Source: Chiloscyllium plagiosum
Lineage: Eukaryota
Assembly (NCBI RefSeq): GCF_004010195.1
Contig: NC_057751.1
Coordinates: forward strand, 7,184,133 to 7,248,132
Length of the DNA stretch: 64,000 bases
Reading direction: 5' to 3'
A model generated the notes under the pieces. That model was not told where the DNA came from. It did no database searches and saw nothing but the letters and a program-made list of their open reading frames with translations. Made by a program: the position numbers and the translations under genes. Shown here in pieces: positions 38,820 through 50,060 of the stretch (the stretch's first letter is position 1; each line of letters begins with the position of its first letter).

Positions 38820-39112
38820 GGTTGGAAGTTTGCTCGCTGAGTTGGCAGGTTCGTTTTCAGATGTTTTGTCATCATGCTAGGTAACATCATCAGTGAGCCT
38901 CCGGTGAGGTGCTGGTGTTGTGTCCCACTCTCCATTTATGTGTCTTCGTCTCTTAAGGTGGGTGACATCATTTTTGTTTTTTTTGTCAGAGGTTGGTAAA
39001 TGGGGTCCAATTCGATGTATTTACTGATGATGACAAAACAAACCTGCCAGCTCAGCGAGCAAACTTGCAACCTGAACCTCAACCTGAGCTACAATTCTTC
39101 TTAAAAAAAATT
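38820..39112. mobile_element. Miniature palindromic Penelope-derived insertion (same family as the 56-57 kb element), 10-bp TSD
   Basis: Arms GTTTGCTCGCTGAGTTGGCAGGTT and AACCTGCCAGCTCAGCGAGCAAAC; AAATAACCAT at 38810-38819 and 39113-39122. Confidence 0.8.
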
Positions 39113-39197
39113 AAATAACCATCTCAAATCTCTTGGCTTCCTGTCTATAGTGACAATTCAGTGATTAGTGATTAATGGGACCAGCCTGGAGTCTCAC

Positions 39198-39381
39198 CTG
39201 GGAAAATGTTACTTAGAACTTGCAGCTTGCTGGAGTATTTGCGCCACATGCGAAGCACAAAGTCCTCCCACCTGATCATCTTGGCCAGAATAAGCATCAC
39301 AGGAATGGTAGGAAGCCCCATCAGCAGGAACAGTGGGTCTGCCCGCTCCATTAAGTCCAAACCTTTCTTATGTCCAACAAC
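39198..39381 (-). CDS. march5l: MARCH5-like exon 4 (VVGHKKGLDLMERADPLFLLMGLPTIPVMLILAKMIRWEDFVLRMWRKYSSKLQVLSNIFP)
   Basis: ctgtag| acceptor, |gtgaga donor, 184 nt; MARCH5 transmembrane region. Confidence 0.95.
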
Positions 39382-41139
39382 CTACAGAGAGATCAAGACA
39401 GATCAAGTTACAGTGTTCTCCAAAACCCATCTGTTTGCGTCGAATTATATAGGATGTTTGGCGAAGAAACCAGAAATTCAGCCCAGGGACATCAGTCAAG
39501 CCTCCACTCATCTTTGCTCACTGAGATTCACCATCTATTCCCTTAAATGCTTACATAACATGCCCCCCCCCCACCCCAACAAATCTGAATTATTTGCTTA
39601 AACTATAATGTTGTGCGAGTTATGTTGTGTGAAAAGCACATATTTCTTTTGAACACTAGTCTCCAAAACCCAAAAAACTCATTGGCAAGATCAGTCCCTG
39701 GTTTCATGTGGCTGTCCCATGATGTGAGGTTCAGTAAATTGGGCTGATTTTCTTGTGAAATGACAATAACGAGAGGTGATCTACTGAAACAGAAATGATT
39801 CTCAAGGGGTTTGACAGGACAGACATCAAGGTCAGCAAAACTGAAGATAAGGGACAGTCTCTGCACAAGGGTCCAATCACTTAGGACTGACATGAGGAGA
39901 AATCATTTCATTAAAAACAGCTCTGAACTTCTGAAGTTCCTTAATGCAAAAGGGGTGGATGCTCCATTGTTGAAAACCTCTAAGGGCAGGATGGACACAT
40001 TTTTGGTTATCAGGGAATCAAAGGGTTTGGGGAGTGAGTGGGAAAGTTGAAGCTGAAGAAGCTTCTCAAAGGCCATATGGTCAATCCTGTACATATTTAG
40101 TATGTTCTTGCACAAAGTAAATTGTTATGCTCACTGACATCCACTTAATGAAACCAACAGCCAAAGACAATGGAGTCTGCTGCTCTGCAAGACTCTCAAA
40201 TACTTTGTTCTGTTTAATGCGATGTAATAACATGATAATCCGTAATTCGCTTTTCTCAATCTAGCAAGGAGTGCCAGCACTGATGAAGGGAATTTTCTGA
40301 CTTCATCACCGAATGTAAGCACTTAAGAGCTCCCAGGCCACAAGCATCAGGGTTTGAGACATGGCCCAGCTCACCTCATATTGCTCCTTCTTCTCATGAC
40401 AAATTACCCTGTTATTTAATTGAACTAAATTGACAATTTACTGCCATCTATTTTGTTGTGAGGCCTACCTCACAATTTTGAAATTTCCAAGTTTTGCTCC
40501 ACTCAGTTACGTGATAGTGGAATTGTTCTCCCCTAAGGGTGAGGGTCAAGTGAAAGTCCCAGAGAATCTTACTGACTTCATTAATGAGTTCTCTATGAAT
40601 CCAGCAGAATTGTGACCTGAGCAAGTCAATTCCATCGGTGAAATGGAAGTAACTGGCTGCTTCAGGAGTGTAACCAACCTATACAGGCAGGATGGGATAT
40701 GCAGCTTTCTTGCTTCCAACTATGCTATGCGGTAAACAGCAAAACACACCTGTGAAGCTTGCCCACTGGAATCTGACCATAAACTGCTTGCACACAGTTG
40801 ACGATGCAACATTCAAACCTTTTTCAAAATACAAGTAGAGCAGAAAACTGATATGCAATTACAAGACATGCAAACTACAATTGCAAACTGAATAGTTATA
40901 TGATACTTCAACACCTCCAAGTGACAGAACTATCCAACGATAATTGTCACTGACTGTGTTTTTCCACAACTTAGGGTCACAGACTTGATCTGTTGTCCCT
41001 GTTGCAATATGGACCAGCTTGCTCACACAAGGGCTACCTTCAGCAAGTCACGGTCTGACTTAACAATTGAGACAAAGTGGCCAGTGAGTTAACAATTCTT
41101 GGCTCTGGAGAATAATCCACTTGATATGGGAAGGCCGAC

Positions 41140-41270
41140 CTGCATGACAGTCACTGCTCCGTAAGTCACTGCCGACCAATAGACGGTCCCCACCACAATG
41201 CTGGCTGCTGCAAAGGGGCTGGCTTTGGACAGAATGCGGTCAACTTGATGCAAGGAGTAAACGACTGGAC
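41140..41270 (-). CDS. march5l: MARCH5-like exon 3 (GPVVYSLHQVDRILSKASPFAAASIVVGTVYWSAVTYGAVTVMQ)
   Basis: Translated by hand; ttcttcag| acceptor, |gtcggc donor, 131 nt, phases consistent. Confidence 0.94.
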
Positions 41271-42266
41271 CTGAAGAATAAAATTACAAAAAACAACATG
41301 AAGACAAGTTATGCATAAAACTGCATCATACTCTGGTTTCTTTTCAGATATTAATCTGGTCATTAGGCTCCCAGTTTGGAAACTTTGCCGAGGCTTGAAT
41401 AGCTCCTGGTGCTCGGTCAGGATCGAATAACTTTCCCTTCTTGTATTCATCTCTAGCTTATTCATACAACTGTGTTTGTTATCTTGTACTTTCTGGTACC
41501 TCCCCAGTCTCATTCTGCAAGCCGAAAGATACTTTCTGCCTTTGCACTTCATCTTGTTAAAGCGAGATTTAAGACTCAGCTTTTTAACCAAGTTTACCCC
41601 TATTAACATCTCCTCCTTTGGCTCACTGGCCAATGTCTTTGGACAATTCTTTAGGCATAAAGGATGAAGTAATGGTTAATTACCAAAATAGGAAGAAGAG
41701 TTCCTCCATTTCCTATTTTTGCCCGTCACGGTCAACAAATTCAGTGAGTACCAAGACTGACAGTTTCGATCAAACGTTTATGAACACAGTTTAGAGGTCA
41801 TAGAGATGTACAGTATGGAGTCTTGAATCATTAAAAGATGAGGGCAGTAGACTGAATCACAATGATCCAGATGGAGACCTAATTGCTATCTTGAATTCTG
41901 TATGTATCAATTATGAGTGTTGTAATTCTTGTTCTGCAAAGTCGGTGCTAATACCAATGTAACCCTGTAAATTATAGGTAGTATAATTATAGTCGCTTAA
42001 TGAACAAACTAAAGGGCTGATTAATGTTTAGTCGAAAGGACTTTTTTTGGAGATTGAATTTAAGGCATGGTATTGGACACATTCCAAGTCTTGGGCTCAG
42101 CTGGGAAGAATGGTTTCTTATGAAGTAGCTGAACATACATGACGCACTTCGGAAGGGTGAAAACCAGCTGATTAGTACATCGTGGTTGGAAAGTTTTTTT
42201 AATAAATTTAGCATTTTTCACGGGGGAGCTGAAGACAGAGAGAGGAGGTCAAAGTCTTGTACGCAC

Positions 42267-42469
42267 CTAACTTTGGGAAGACTATCAGATATTCAGTGTT
42301 GCACTGTGGACAGGCCACTCGGCCTGTGCTGTTCCCCTTCTGCTTCTCATCCAGCCATCGTTGTAGGCATGCCTGGTGTATCCATTTTGTGGACCCTTTA
42401 CATCGACATGGGCTTACCCATTCTGCAGAGCGGTCATCAAGGTCAGTGGCAAAGCATACCCAGCAGTTC
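42267..42469 (-). CDS. march5l: MARCH5-like exon 2, RING-CH domain (CWVCFATD...PCRCKGSTKWIHQACL...CPQC)
   Basis: C4HC3 RING-CH nearly identical to MARCH5; cag| acceptor, |gtgcgt donor, 203 nt. Confidence 0.96.
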
Positions 42470-44859
42470 CTGCCGAAAGCAATCAAGGACATTGCTATCA
42501 AACAAGAGGAAACATTGTATCTCTTTGACAGTAGCTCCATCTATCATCATGTCTTAAAGATAGGCATAAGCAAAGAAAAACAACATTTGGAAGACAAAAA
42601 GGATAACTTTGCCAACTCTAGGTGGGCATATCCCTGTAGGTTTCATTTTAAAACAATTGCAAACCCCACCCCCATTGAATCTTTCACCGATAACGTCCAA
42701 ACACACAAGCTCAGGGTTAACCTGAAAGCTCATTGTCTCAAACCCCAATTCTCTCCTGCAGCATGTTGACCCTCAGGCTAAACTCATGAGATAGCACCCT
42801 GTGATGCTCTGGGACTTAAGTGTTAACTGCCCAAGAAATTAATCTTTTGTTCCTGGACACTCGCACATGGGCTGACAAAATAAACATGCAGGAGAGGGTT
42901 GGAGAGATGGGACTGCAGCAACAAAGAGTAAAGGTATGGGAATTACAGGAAGGAGTGGAGGGAATCTAAGAGTGACCAGAGATGGTTACAGAAGAGGGGA
43001 CAGGGTCAAAGGAAGAGAGGGCAAGGAGAGGATGGGGATAAACTGATTAGAGGCGAAATGCTGGTGGAGGTGGTCTGGAAGAGGTGGAGTCATTAGGGTC
43101 ACATAATGAGTAGTCACATCTGCTGGGTGGGGGGGGGGGGGGGGGGGGTGGAGAATGGGTGGTGAGTGCATGAAAATCAGACGGCGTATGGGTCAGGGAG
43201 GCAGGAGCATGAAGTTGGAGAGGATATGGAGCTGAACATCAGATGATAAGGTAATGAGGGTCAGTGGGATTCAAGGCCTGAGAATCAGAAGGAAACGAGG
43301 GGCATGGGCATGAGGATTAGAATGGTATGTGTGAAGTTCAGAGGGGTGGGGGGGCAGGAGAGAGAGAGAGATAGAGAGGGAGGTTTGTGCTCATTTGCCT
43401 GAGTCGACGCTGATTCCCAGCTGATCCCACCGCTGTGCCTTGGGATTTAAAGTTGCGATGAGACAAACTGTGACAACATGCTATAATTATTGAACAAGTC
43501 ACAAAGTGAGACAATTGAAAGTATTTGTCCCTCAAACTGTTCGGCCTGTTTTTACACATGGATACCTTTCTTTTTCCAGAGGGACAACTTTAGGTTTTGC
43601 TCTTTGGTGAAAGCATAACTAGAAATCTTGGAGCGAAAAAAAAGCACTGCTGCAATAATAATATGACTTGTTTATAAGTGTCTGATCAACCATTTGTGAA
43701 AGATTCAGCCTGCTGTGGCAGCAGTGAGTCTTCGTTGGTTTCACAGGGGAGCAATGTTGAAAAGCACTACCTCTGCTCTGACAATAAGCCTGAAACAAGC
43801 AGCATTCCGGGCTGTTATGTTTTGTAAGAGGTGATTGGGCCAATAAGACATGCAGGTCAGTTCCTGTCTCTGTTTCGTAGCCTGGTCTCCGATCTTGTCT
43901 GTATCTTGGCCAGTAGACAGAGCCTTGTTGCGCCAGCACTATCTTATTGTCAGTATACATCAGCCATTGCACATTAAAGGAACCCACCCACTGTCACTTT
44001 CAACCCACTCAAAATTAAAGTGCGAACCTGGAATACATTGACCCTCACAAATTCCTGTCACACCACAAATCTGAAATTCCAATGCTGGAAAGGCAACGTT
44101 GATGGCCTGGCTTATACATGGTGGAAAGGAGAAGACCAGTCAAAGGACAAGGAGGTGGACAAATCTCTTCTGGAAAGGCAAGACTGAAGATGCAAAATGA
44201 TTCCATGGGATTGGTTTCGTCATCAAAAAACAAATGAGTTGACCATCACAGTGAGGCCCCATTTGGGATAAACAAGACTCAGTCAACCATGACAGCTCAT
44301 CTGAAGCCAGATCAGTGGTCATTGTGTACGGTCCAATGCTAGAAGCATCAGACATGGCCAAAGAGTATTTCTCAACAGGATCCATTATTGCCCTGTAACC
44401 CAAAGAAGATGAGGGACTCAAATCTCTGGAAATGTTTGGGTGGCAAGAATGAATGAGGAAAATGAATCTCAACTGAGTACCCCTCGATAACAAGTACCAT
44501 TTCTTGTCAGAGAGACAAACAGAAGATTGCATGGTTAAGCTTTCACTTGAAACAAATTGACACCAGGTTGACTCTGTCATTGCCCGAGTGAGGGACCTCA
44601 ACGATATCTGCATGATTCACGCCATGACAGGAGCTGCACTGACCATTGCCTAATATCTCCATCTGGCCCAAAAACATGATGTAGAGATGCTGGTGTTGGA
44701 CTGGGGTGGACAAAGTTAAAAATCATACAACACTGGGTAGAGGTTCAACAGGTCTATTTGAAAGTGGAAACTTGGCCTAAAAACAGCAATGGCAGCAAAA
44801 ACAGTGTTACCAGAACATGAATATCAATGGAGTCAATGACTCTACAAAGGCTCTACAAA

Positions 44860-44988
44860 GATTCCTGAAGAAGGGCTTATGCCCGAAACGTCGATTCTCC
44901 TGTTCCTTGGATGCTGCCTGACCTGCTGCGCTTTCCCAGCAACACATTTTCAGCTCTGATCTCCAGCATCTGCAGTCCTCACACTCTC
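44860..44988 (+). mobile_element. ~130-bp Penelope terminal-only insertion beginning at the hammerhead motif, 9-bp TSD
   Basis: Same terminal sequence as the 12 kb and 27.7 kb elements; CTCTACAAA at 44851-44859 and 44989-44997. Confidence 0.85.
44861..44896 (+). ncRNA. Minimal type I hammerhead ribozyme motif (intact core)
   Basis: ATTC-CTGAAGA-A-GGGC-TTAT-GCCC-GAAAC-GTC-GATT. Confidence 0.7.
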
Positions 44989-46068
44989 CTCTACAAAACT
45001 GCCTATTCAGTGAGCACCTGTCACATGGAGACACTCAGCAAACAGGAATCACGGAATGTTCATAGGATCTGATCTGCCCTTCAACTCATCATGAACAGCA
45101 CCTTTGAGGAGACACTTGGTTTCTCTCTGAAGAAAGATGAAGGTCCCTTTGAGTCAAATAACCAGGACATCCAGGAACTCCTAAAACTTAAGTGCAAGGG
45201 TTTCCTGCATTTGAGGGAACTAAATTAGGTTTACAGATGAATGACAGTTGAAGTCCAACATAAAACCCTTGGTGTAACAAGAGATCACAACTGGAAAATG
45301 TTCAGGAAATCTGACAACCTGCTGATAGCCGTGACATGTGTGGATGCTTCAGAAAACTCAAGATCATGTCAGGCCCAAGCACCAATGAACCTGGCCCGCT
45401 GGTCAGAAGGCAGTAAGCTCTTTTGGAAGGAACAGTTCGATCCCCTATTAAGTCTCAGTCCTGACCACAAACCATTGCATGCTTTTGCCATTATCTTGGC
45501 ACAACCACAGAATGACCAAAGTTTGAAAAGATCCAAGAGCTGAGAATTAACAATGATTTTTATGCATTCAGAAACCATATTAAAGTATCAAACAGAAATG
45601 CTCTTTGCTCAAATACACAATCTCATCTCCTTCATCTGGAAAAAGTGGCACATCTCCAGGAAGTCACAATTGTAACCATCTTCAAAAAGGGATCAAGACT
45701 GGTTATGCTAACTTAATAGGGTCTTCTGTGCTGTTAGAATGGAAGCCAAGTCCAAGAAAAACACAGACAGCAACAGCAGCCTCAGCATCCTCTTGGAGTA
45801 CACAAGCCCACAGATTCTTCCTGGTTGGCACAGTCTGTGTCAAATTTGGCTGCCTGCATTATTTCATCATTATATCCTGCCTGGTGAATGCCAACAGGAA
45901 GTGATTAGAAACGCATGGTGATCCTCATGAATGGATCCAATATGAGGCTTAGCAAGAGAGCTGCAATGAAGCAAAGCTGTGCCATTATAATAATGTTCCC
46001 AACACTCCAGACATGATACATGATGCTCCTTGTTGGAGAATAGAATCTCTAGAGGATTAGCAAAACCA

Positions 46069-46699
46069 GGTAAAAACAATGACTGCAGATGCTGGAAACC
46101 AGATTCTCGATCAGTGGTGCTGGAAGAGCACAGCAATTCAGGCAGCATCAGAGGACAGGCAAAATCGACGTTTCAGGGTCTCCGAGACACCCGCACCAAT
46201 TAACCAAATCGCCCCGTGGCTCAACATTTCAACTCCCCCTCCCACTCTGCCGAGGATATGGAGGTGCTGGGCCTCCTCCACCGCCGCTCCCTCACCACCA
46301 GACGCATGGAGGAAGAACGCCTCATCTTCCGCCTCGGAACACTTCAACCCCAGGGCATCAATGTGGATTTCAACAGTTTCCTCATTTCCCCTTCCCCCAC
46401 TTCATCCTAGTTTCTAACCTCCAGCAACACGATCCCCTGACTTGTCCAGACTTGTCCGACCTGCCCAGCTCCTTTTCCACCTGTCCACTCCACCCTCACC
46501 TATCACCTTCATCTCCTTCCCCACTGACCTATTGTACTCTATGCTACTCTATCCCCACCCTCACCCTCCTCTAGCTTATCTCTCCACGCTTCAGGCTCTC
46601 TGCCTTTATTCCTGATGAAGGGCTTTTGCCGGAAAGGTCGATTTTGCCTGTCCTCGGTAGCTGCCTGAATTGCTGTGCTCTTCCAGCACCACTGATCCA
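46069..46699 (+). mobile_element. Penelope-like fragment with inverted 5' arm, 14-bp TSD
   Basis: GIY-YIG tail AQHFNSPSHSAEDMEVLG; 46069-~46175 is an inverted terminal copy; GATTAGCAAAACCA at 46055-46068 and 46700-46713. Confidence 0.9.
46608..46643 (+). ncRNA. Degenerate hammerhead motif
   Basis: CTGATGA-A-GGGC-TTTT-GCCG-GAAAG-GTC: two substitutions relative to the intact copies. Confidence 0.45.
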
Positions 46700-47939
46700 G
46701 ATTAGCAAAACCAACCCACTCAAAGGTGGAAATCCAACTGATCATTGTACATTCAGAGAATGAGTCTGACACTAAGTATCCTGAAGACAAAGATTCTCTA
46801 CAAGTGTGCACGAGCTGACAAACACTATTCCCAAAAATATCAAAATCTTTTATGAGCCAAACAAAAGACTACTCTCAGCGTGGGTAACAAACTGACAATG
46901 AAACTGAACATCGTCCCCAGTGTGTCAGTGCAATATCCGACCCTAGGACGGACAGAGGAATTGATAACCCTGCACAAACCCTGCACAAATGTCACATTCA
47001 ACATGGCTGCACTGTTACCTACCCGCCTATATGTGCAATAGACAACACAAACTCTGGACAGCAAACGTTTCAAATCCCTGGAAAATCATCACTTAGCAAT
47101 GCCACTGGAAATGAAAACGAAGGCTGGCACTCCAATGTCGATGCTCACTCTCGGGTCAACATACCCAGCTTCGAGTCAATGGTGACTGCCAGCCTGTGCT
47201 TTTCAAGGGGCACTTTGTCTGCACGTCTGACACATCACCCCACTGCCCCAAAACAAGCTTTCCCTGCTCTGAGCTTCATCACGGCAAGAGGTTACCGAGT
47301 GAAATGAAGGGATGGTGGAGGGAGGAAACCTTTCAAGGACATCCTCAAAGTCTGTTCCAACAAGAAATGCTGTTGGCCGGACAAGTGCCCATCCCCTACC
47401 CACAACAAAAGACCCCAGCAGAGTGCGGAGGATGAAAAGCCAGGTGGGAAGAGGGGGAGGAAGCGTGGATGCCCAATGCCTCACAACTACCCCACATGCC
47501 ACCCCTACATCTGGCCATGAGGATCCTGGCTATCCTGAAAAGCAGCGAATGCTGAGGAAATTCAGGTTGGCGGGGGGGAGGGGGCAAGGGCATAGGACAG
47601 TAGTTGCTATCAGAGGGGAAGTTGACCCTCCTTCTGGTCTGTGTACCTGAGGGGGAGTGGATCAATAACCAAAAAAGTCATCCTGACTCATGAACAAGAG
47701 TCACACTGGACTGGAAAAGGTGAACTCTTGTCACTCTCTTCTCTCTCCAAGAAAGGGTGCCAGAGCTTTTCCAGCAATTTTACTTTTTTTCCCCCCCCCT
47801 TCTCCTCCTTAAATCAGAGTCATCCTCTGAGAGAGGAAGGAAGTAGGCGGGTTGGAGAATGGACCTTCAGAAAGGTTCTGGTTGGGGGGAGTGATGGTGT
47901 GGGAAGTGCTGAGGAAACCGCCCTCCTTTTTCCACTCAC

Positions 47940-47980
47940 CGCTCCAGCCCACTGAAACCCTGTCCTGCTGCCATCGCCAT
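47940..47980 (-). CDS. march5l: MARCH5-like exon 1 (MAMAAGQGFSGLER)
   Basis: Two in-frame ATGs at 47980 and 47974, and donor CG|gtgagt. Phase 2 joins exon 2 to give Arg-Asn-Cys-Trp. The 35 coding nt from the second ATG equal the recalled MARCH5 exon 1 length. Confidence 0.82.
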
Positions 47981-48579
47981 CCTAGGACACTGTGCCCAAG
48001 GATCCGGGTCCAAATCCAGCCCCAGGCTTCGGGCCTTGGCTCGCTTCTTTCCAGCGCCCCGCCCCTCCAACCTTCCACGCAGCCGCGGCGGCTCGCAATC
48101 CGATTGGTCAATCCGACTTACCCCTTCTTTGCCAGCTGTCCAATCGGACGCCCGGCCTCGCACTAGACTCTCTGGTCATTGGTCGAGACGTCCCGACCAA
48201 TCGGAAACCCACAAGCCGCTTTTTTTTCCCCTTCTCCCATCCCCGAGTGCTCATTGGCTGGGCCCTTCGCCAGTCGCCCCTCCTCCCTCCACCTGCCGAG
48301 CTGGCCAGCACCAGCCCTTTCCACTCCCCGCCCCCGCCCGGCGCGGCGGCCAATCGCGACCCGCGGTCGCGAGGCAGGCGCACACTGTGCGGGAAGGCGG
48401 AGGCGTGCGTGCCGGCGGGTGTGCGCAGGCGCCGAGATCAGTCATCGGGCGGTTGGCGGCGCCGCAGGAGGGGGAAAAGAGAAAAGAAAAACGGGAGTTT
48501 TAAGAAAATATTACGAAAAGGAGGTTTGTTCGTGAGTGAGAGGAGAACCGAATTTAAAAAAAAAAAACCCGTTCCGACG
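47981..48579. promoter_or_regulatory. Bidirectional CpG-island promoter shared by MARCH5-like (-) and ACTR1B (+)
   Basis: 600 bp between divergent ATGs. Six CCAAT boxes (48103-, 48140+, 48178-, 48197+, 48253-, 48350+), GC boxes (~48056, ~48326) and an NRF1-like TGCGCAGGCGC at 48422. Confidence 0.85.
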
Positions 48580-48627
48580 ATGGAGTCCTACGATATCATC
48601 ACGAACCAACCCGTGGTTATTGACAAT
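48580..48627 (+). CDS. ACTR1B: Beta-centractin (Arp1) exon 1 (MESYDIITNQPVVIDN)
   Basis: Centractin N-terminus; donor gtgagt at 48628. Confidence 0.93.
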
Positions 48628-48884
48628 GTGAGTGGCCGGGCCGGGTCGGGCGGGCCCCGGCTCCTTGTTTTTGAAAAGGTCGCGCGAGCATCAACCGTCG
48701 CCCTTTTTAAAGGGATGGTCCCGACCCGAGCCTCCGTGTATTTACATTTCGCCGACGGGATTAATAATAATAAAAAAACCCCGAGTAACGCCCTGTTCAG
48801 CTCTTTGTTTCAAGTGGAACCCCATCATCTCCTGCCACCCCCCCCCCCCCCAAAAATATCCGGGACCCCCTCCCACACCACCTC

Positions 48885-50060
48885 TTAAATGTTGTCTTTG
48901 TACCAACCTCCACCACATCCTCTGGCAGCTCATTCCATGCACGTACCACCCTCTTCGTGAAAACGTTGCCCCTTAGATCTCTTTTTACATATTTCCCCCC
49001 TCGCCCTAAACCTGTGCCCTCTAATTGTGGACTCCCCCACCCCATGGAGAAGTCATAGAGTTGGACTGAAGCCGACCCTTCAGTCCAACTCATCCATGCC
49101 GACCAGATATCCCAACCCAGTCTCGTCCTTGTCTATTTATTCTATCCATGCCCCTCATAATTTTGTAAACCTCTATAAGGTCACCCCTCAGCCTCCGACG
49201 CTCCAGGGAAAACCGCCCCAGTCTGTTCAGCCTCTCCCTCAGATCCTCCAACCCTGGCAACATCCTTGTCAATCTCTTCTGAAACGTTTCACGTTTCACA
49301 ACGTCCTTCCGACAGGAGGGAGAGCAGAACTGCACAAGGTATTCCAAAAGTGGCCCAACCGATGTCGTGTACCTAAGCAAGGACGTGCTGGCACTGGAAG
49401 GGGTGCAGCGGAGGTTCACAAGGTTGACTCCAGAGTTGAGGGGATGAGCGAGGACTGCAGATGCTGGACATCGAGTTGGGAGTGTGGTACTGGAAAAGCA
49501 CAGCAGGTCAGGAAGCATCCGAGGAGCGGGAGAATCAATGCTTGATTCTCCTGCTCCTCTGATGCTGCCTGACCTGCTGTGCTTTTCCAGTACCACAATC
49601 TTGACTCCAGATTTTGAGGGGCTTGGCCTAGGAAGAGAGACTAAGTGGACTAGGGTGATATTCATTGGAATTTAGAAGAACAAAGGCAAATCATATGGAA
49701 ACATAAAATTATGAAGGGAATAAATAAGACAGAAGTAGAAAGGATGTTTTCACTGGTGGGTGAAACTAGGATAAGCGAGACGAGGATAGCCAATTTAGGA
49801 CCAAATTGAAAAGGAACTTCTTCACTCAAAGGTTTGTGAATCCATGGAATTCGCTGCCCAGTGAAGTGGTTGAGTCTTCCTCAGTTAATGTTTTTAAAGT
49901 TAAGGTAATTTTTTGAGCAGTAAAGGAAATAAGGGTTATGGTGAGAGGATGGGTAAGTGGAGTTGAGACTACGAAAAGATCAGTCATGATCTAATTGACT
50001 GGCAGAGCAGGTTTTGAAGGGCCAGATGGCCTACTCCTGCTCCCAGTTCTTGTTATCATG
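48885..50060. mobile_element. Back-to-back CR1 fragments (minus 48885-~49370, plus ~49371-50060) at the start of ACTR1B intron 1
   Basis: Minus ORF PLLEYLVQFCSP..RRLRGDLIEVYKIMRG; plus-strand CR1 tail. Confidence 0.8.
49444..49600. mobile_element. Palindromic Penelope terminal mini-element nested in a CR1 fragment
   Basis: ~55-bp inverted arms with a 3-nt loop at ~49538; flanked by near-duplicated TTGACTCCAGA..TTGAGGGG. Confidence 0.8.

Larger units (their letters stand above)
44050..47520 (+). mobile_element. Ancient RTE-clade LINE remnant filling much of MARCH5-like intron 1, host to younger Penelope insertions
   Basis: Collinear decayed motifs: APE-like LFWKGKTEDAK*FHGIGFVIK (~44165), KFGCLHYF (~45842), C-terminal SELHHGKRLP..FKDILK (~47270). 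Confidence 0.6.

Noticed and set aside
47992-48888. 298-aa ORF in frame with the ACTR1B start (apparent N-terminal extension)
   Set aside because: It starts at GTG, has no ATG before 48580, crosses the GC-rich promoter and reads through the exon 1 donor; stop-codon scarcity in a CpG island explains it.
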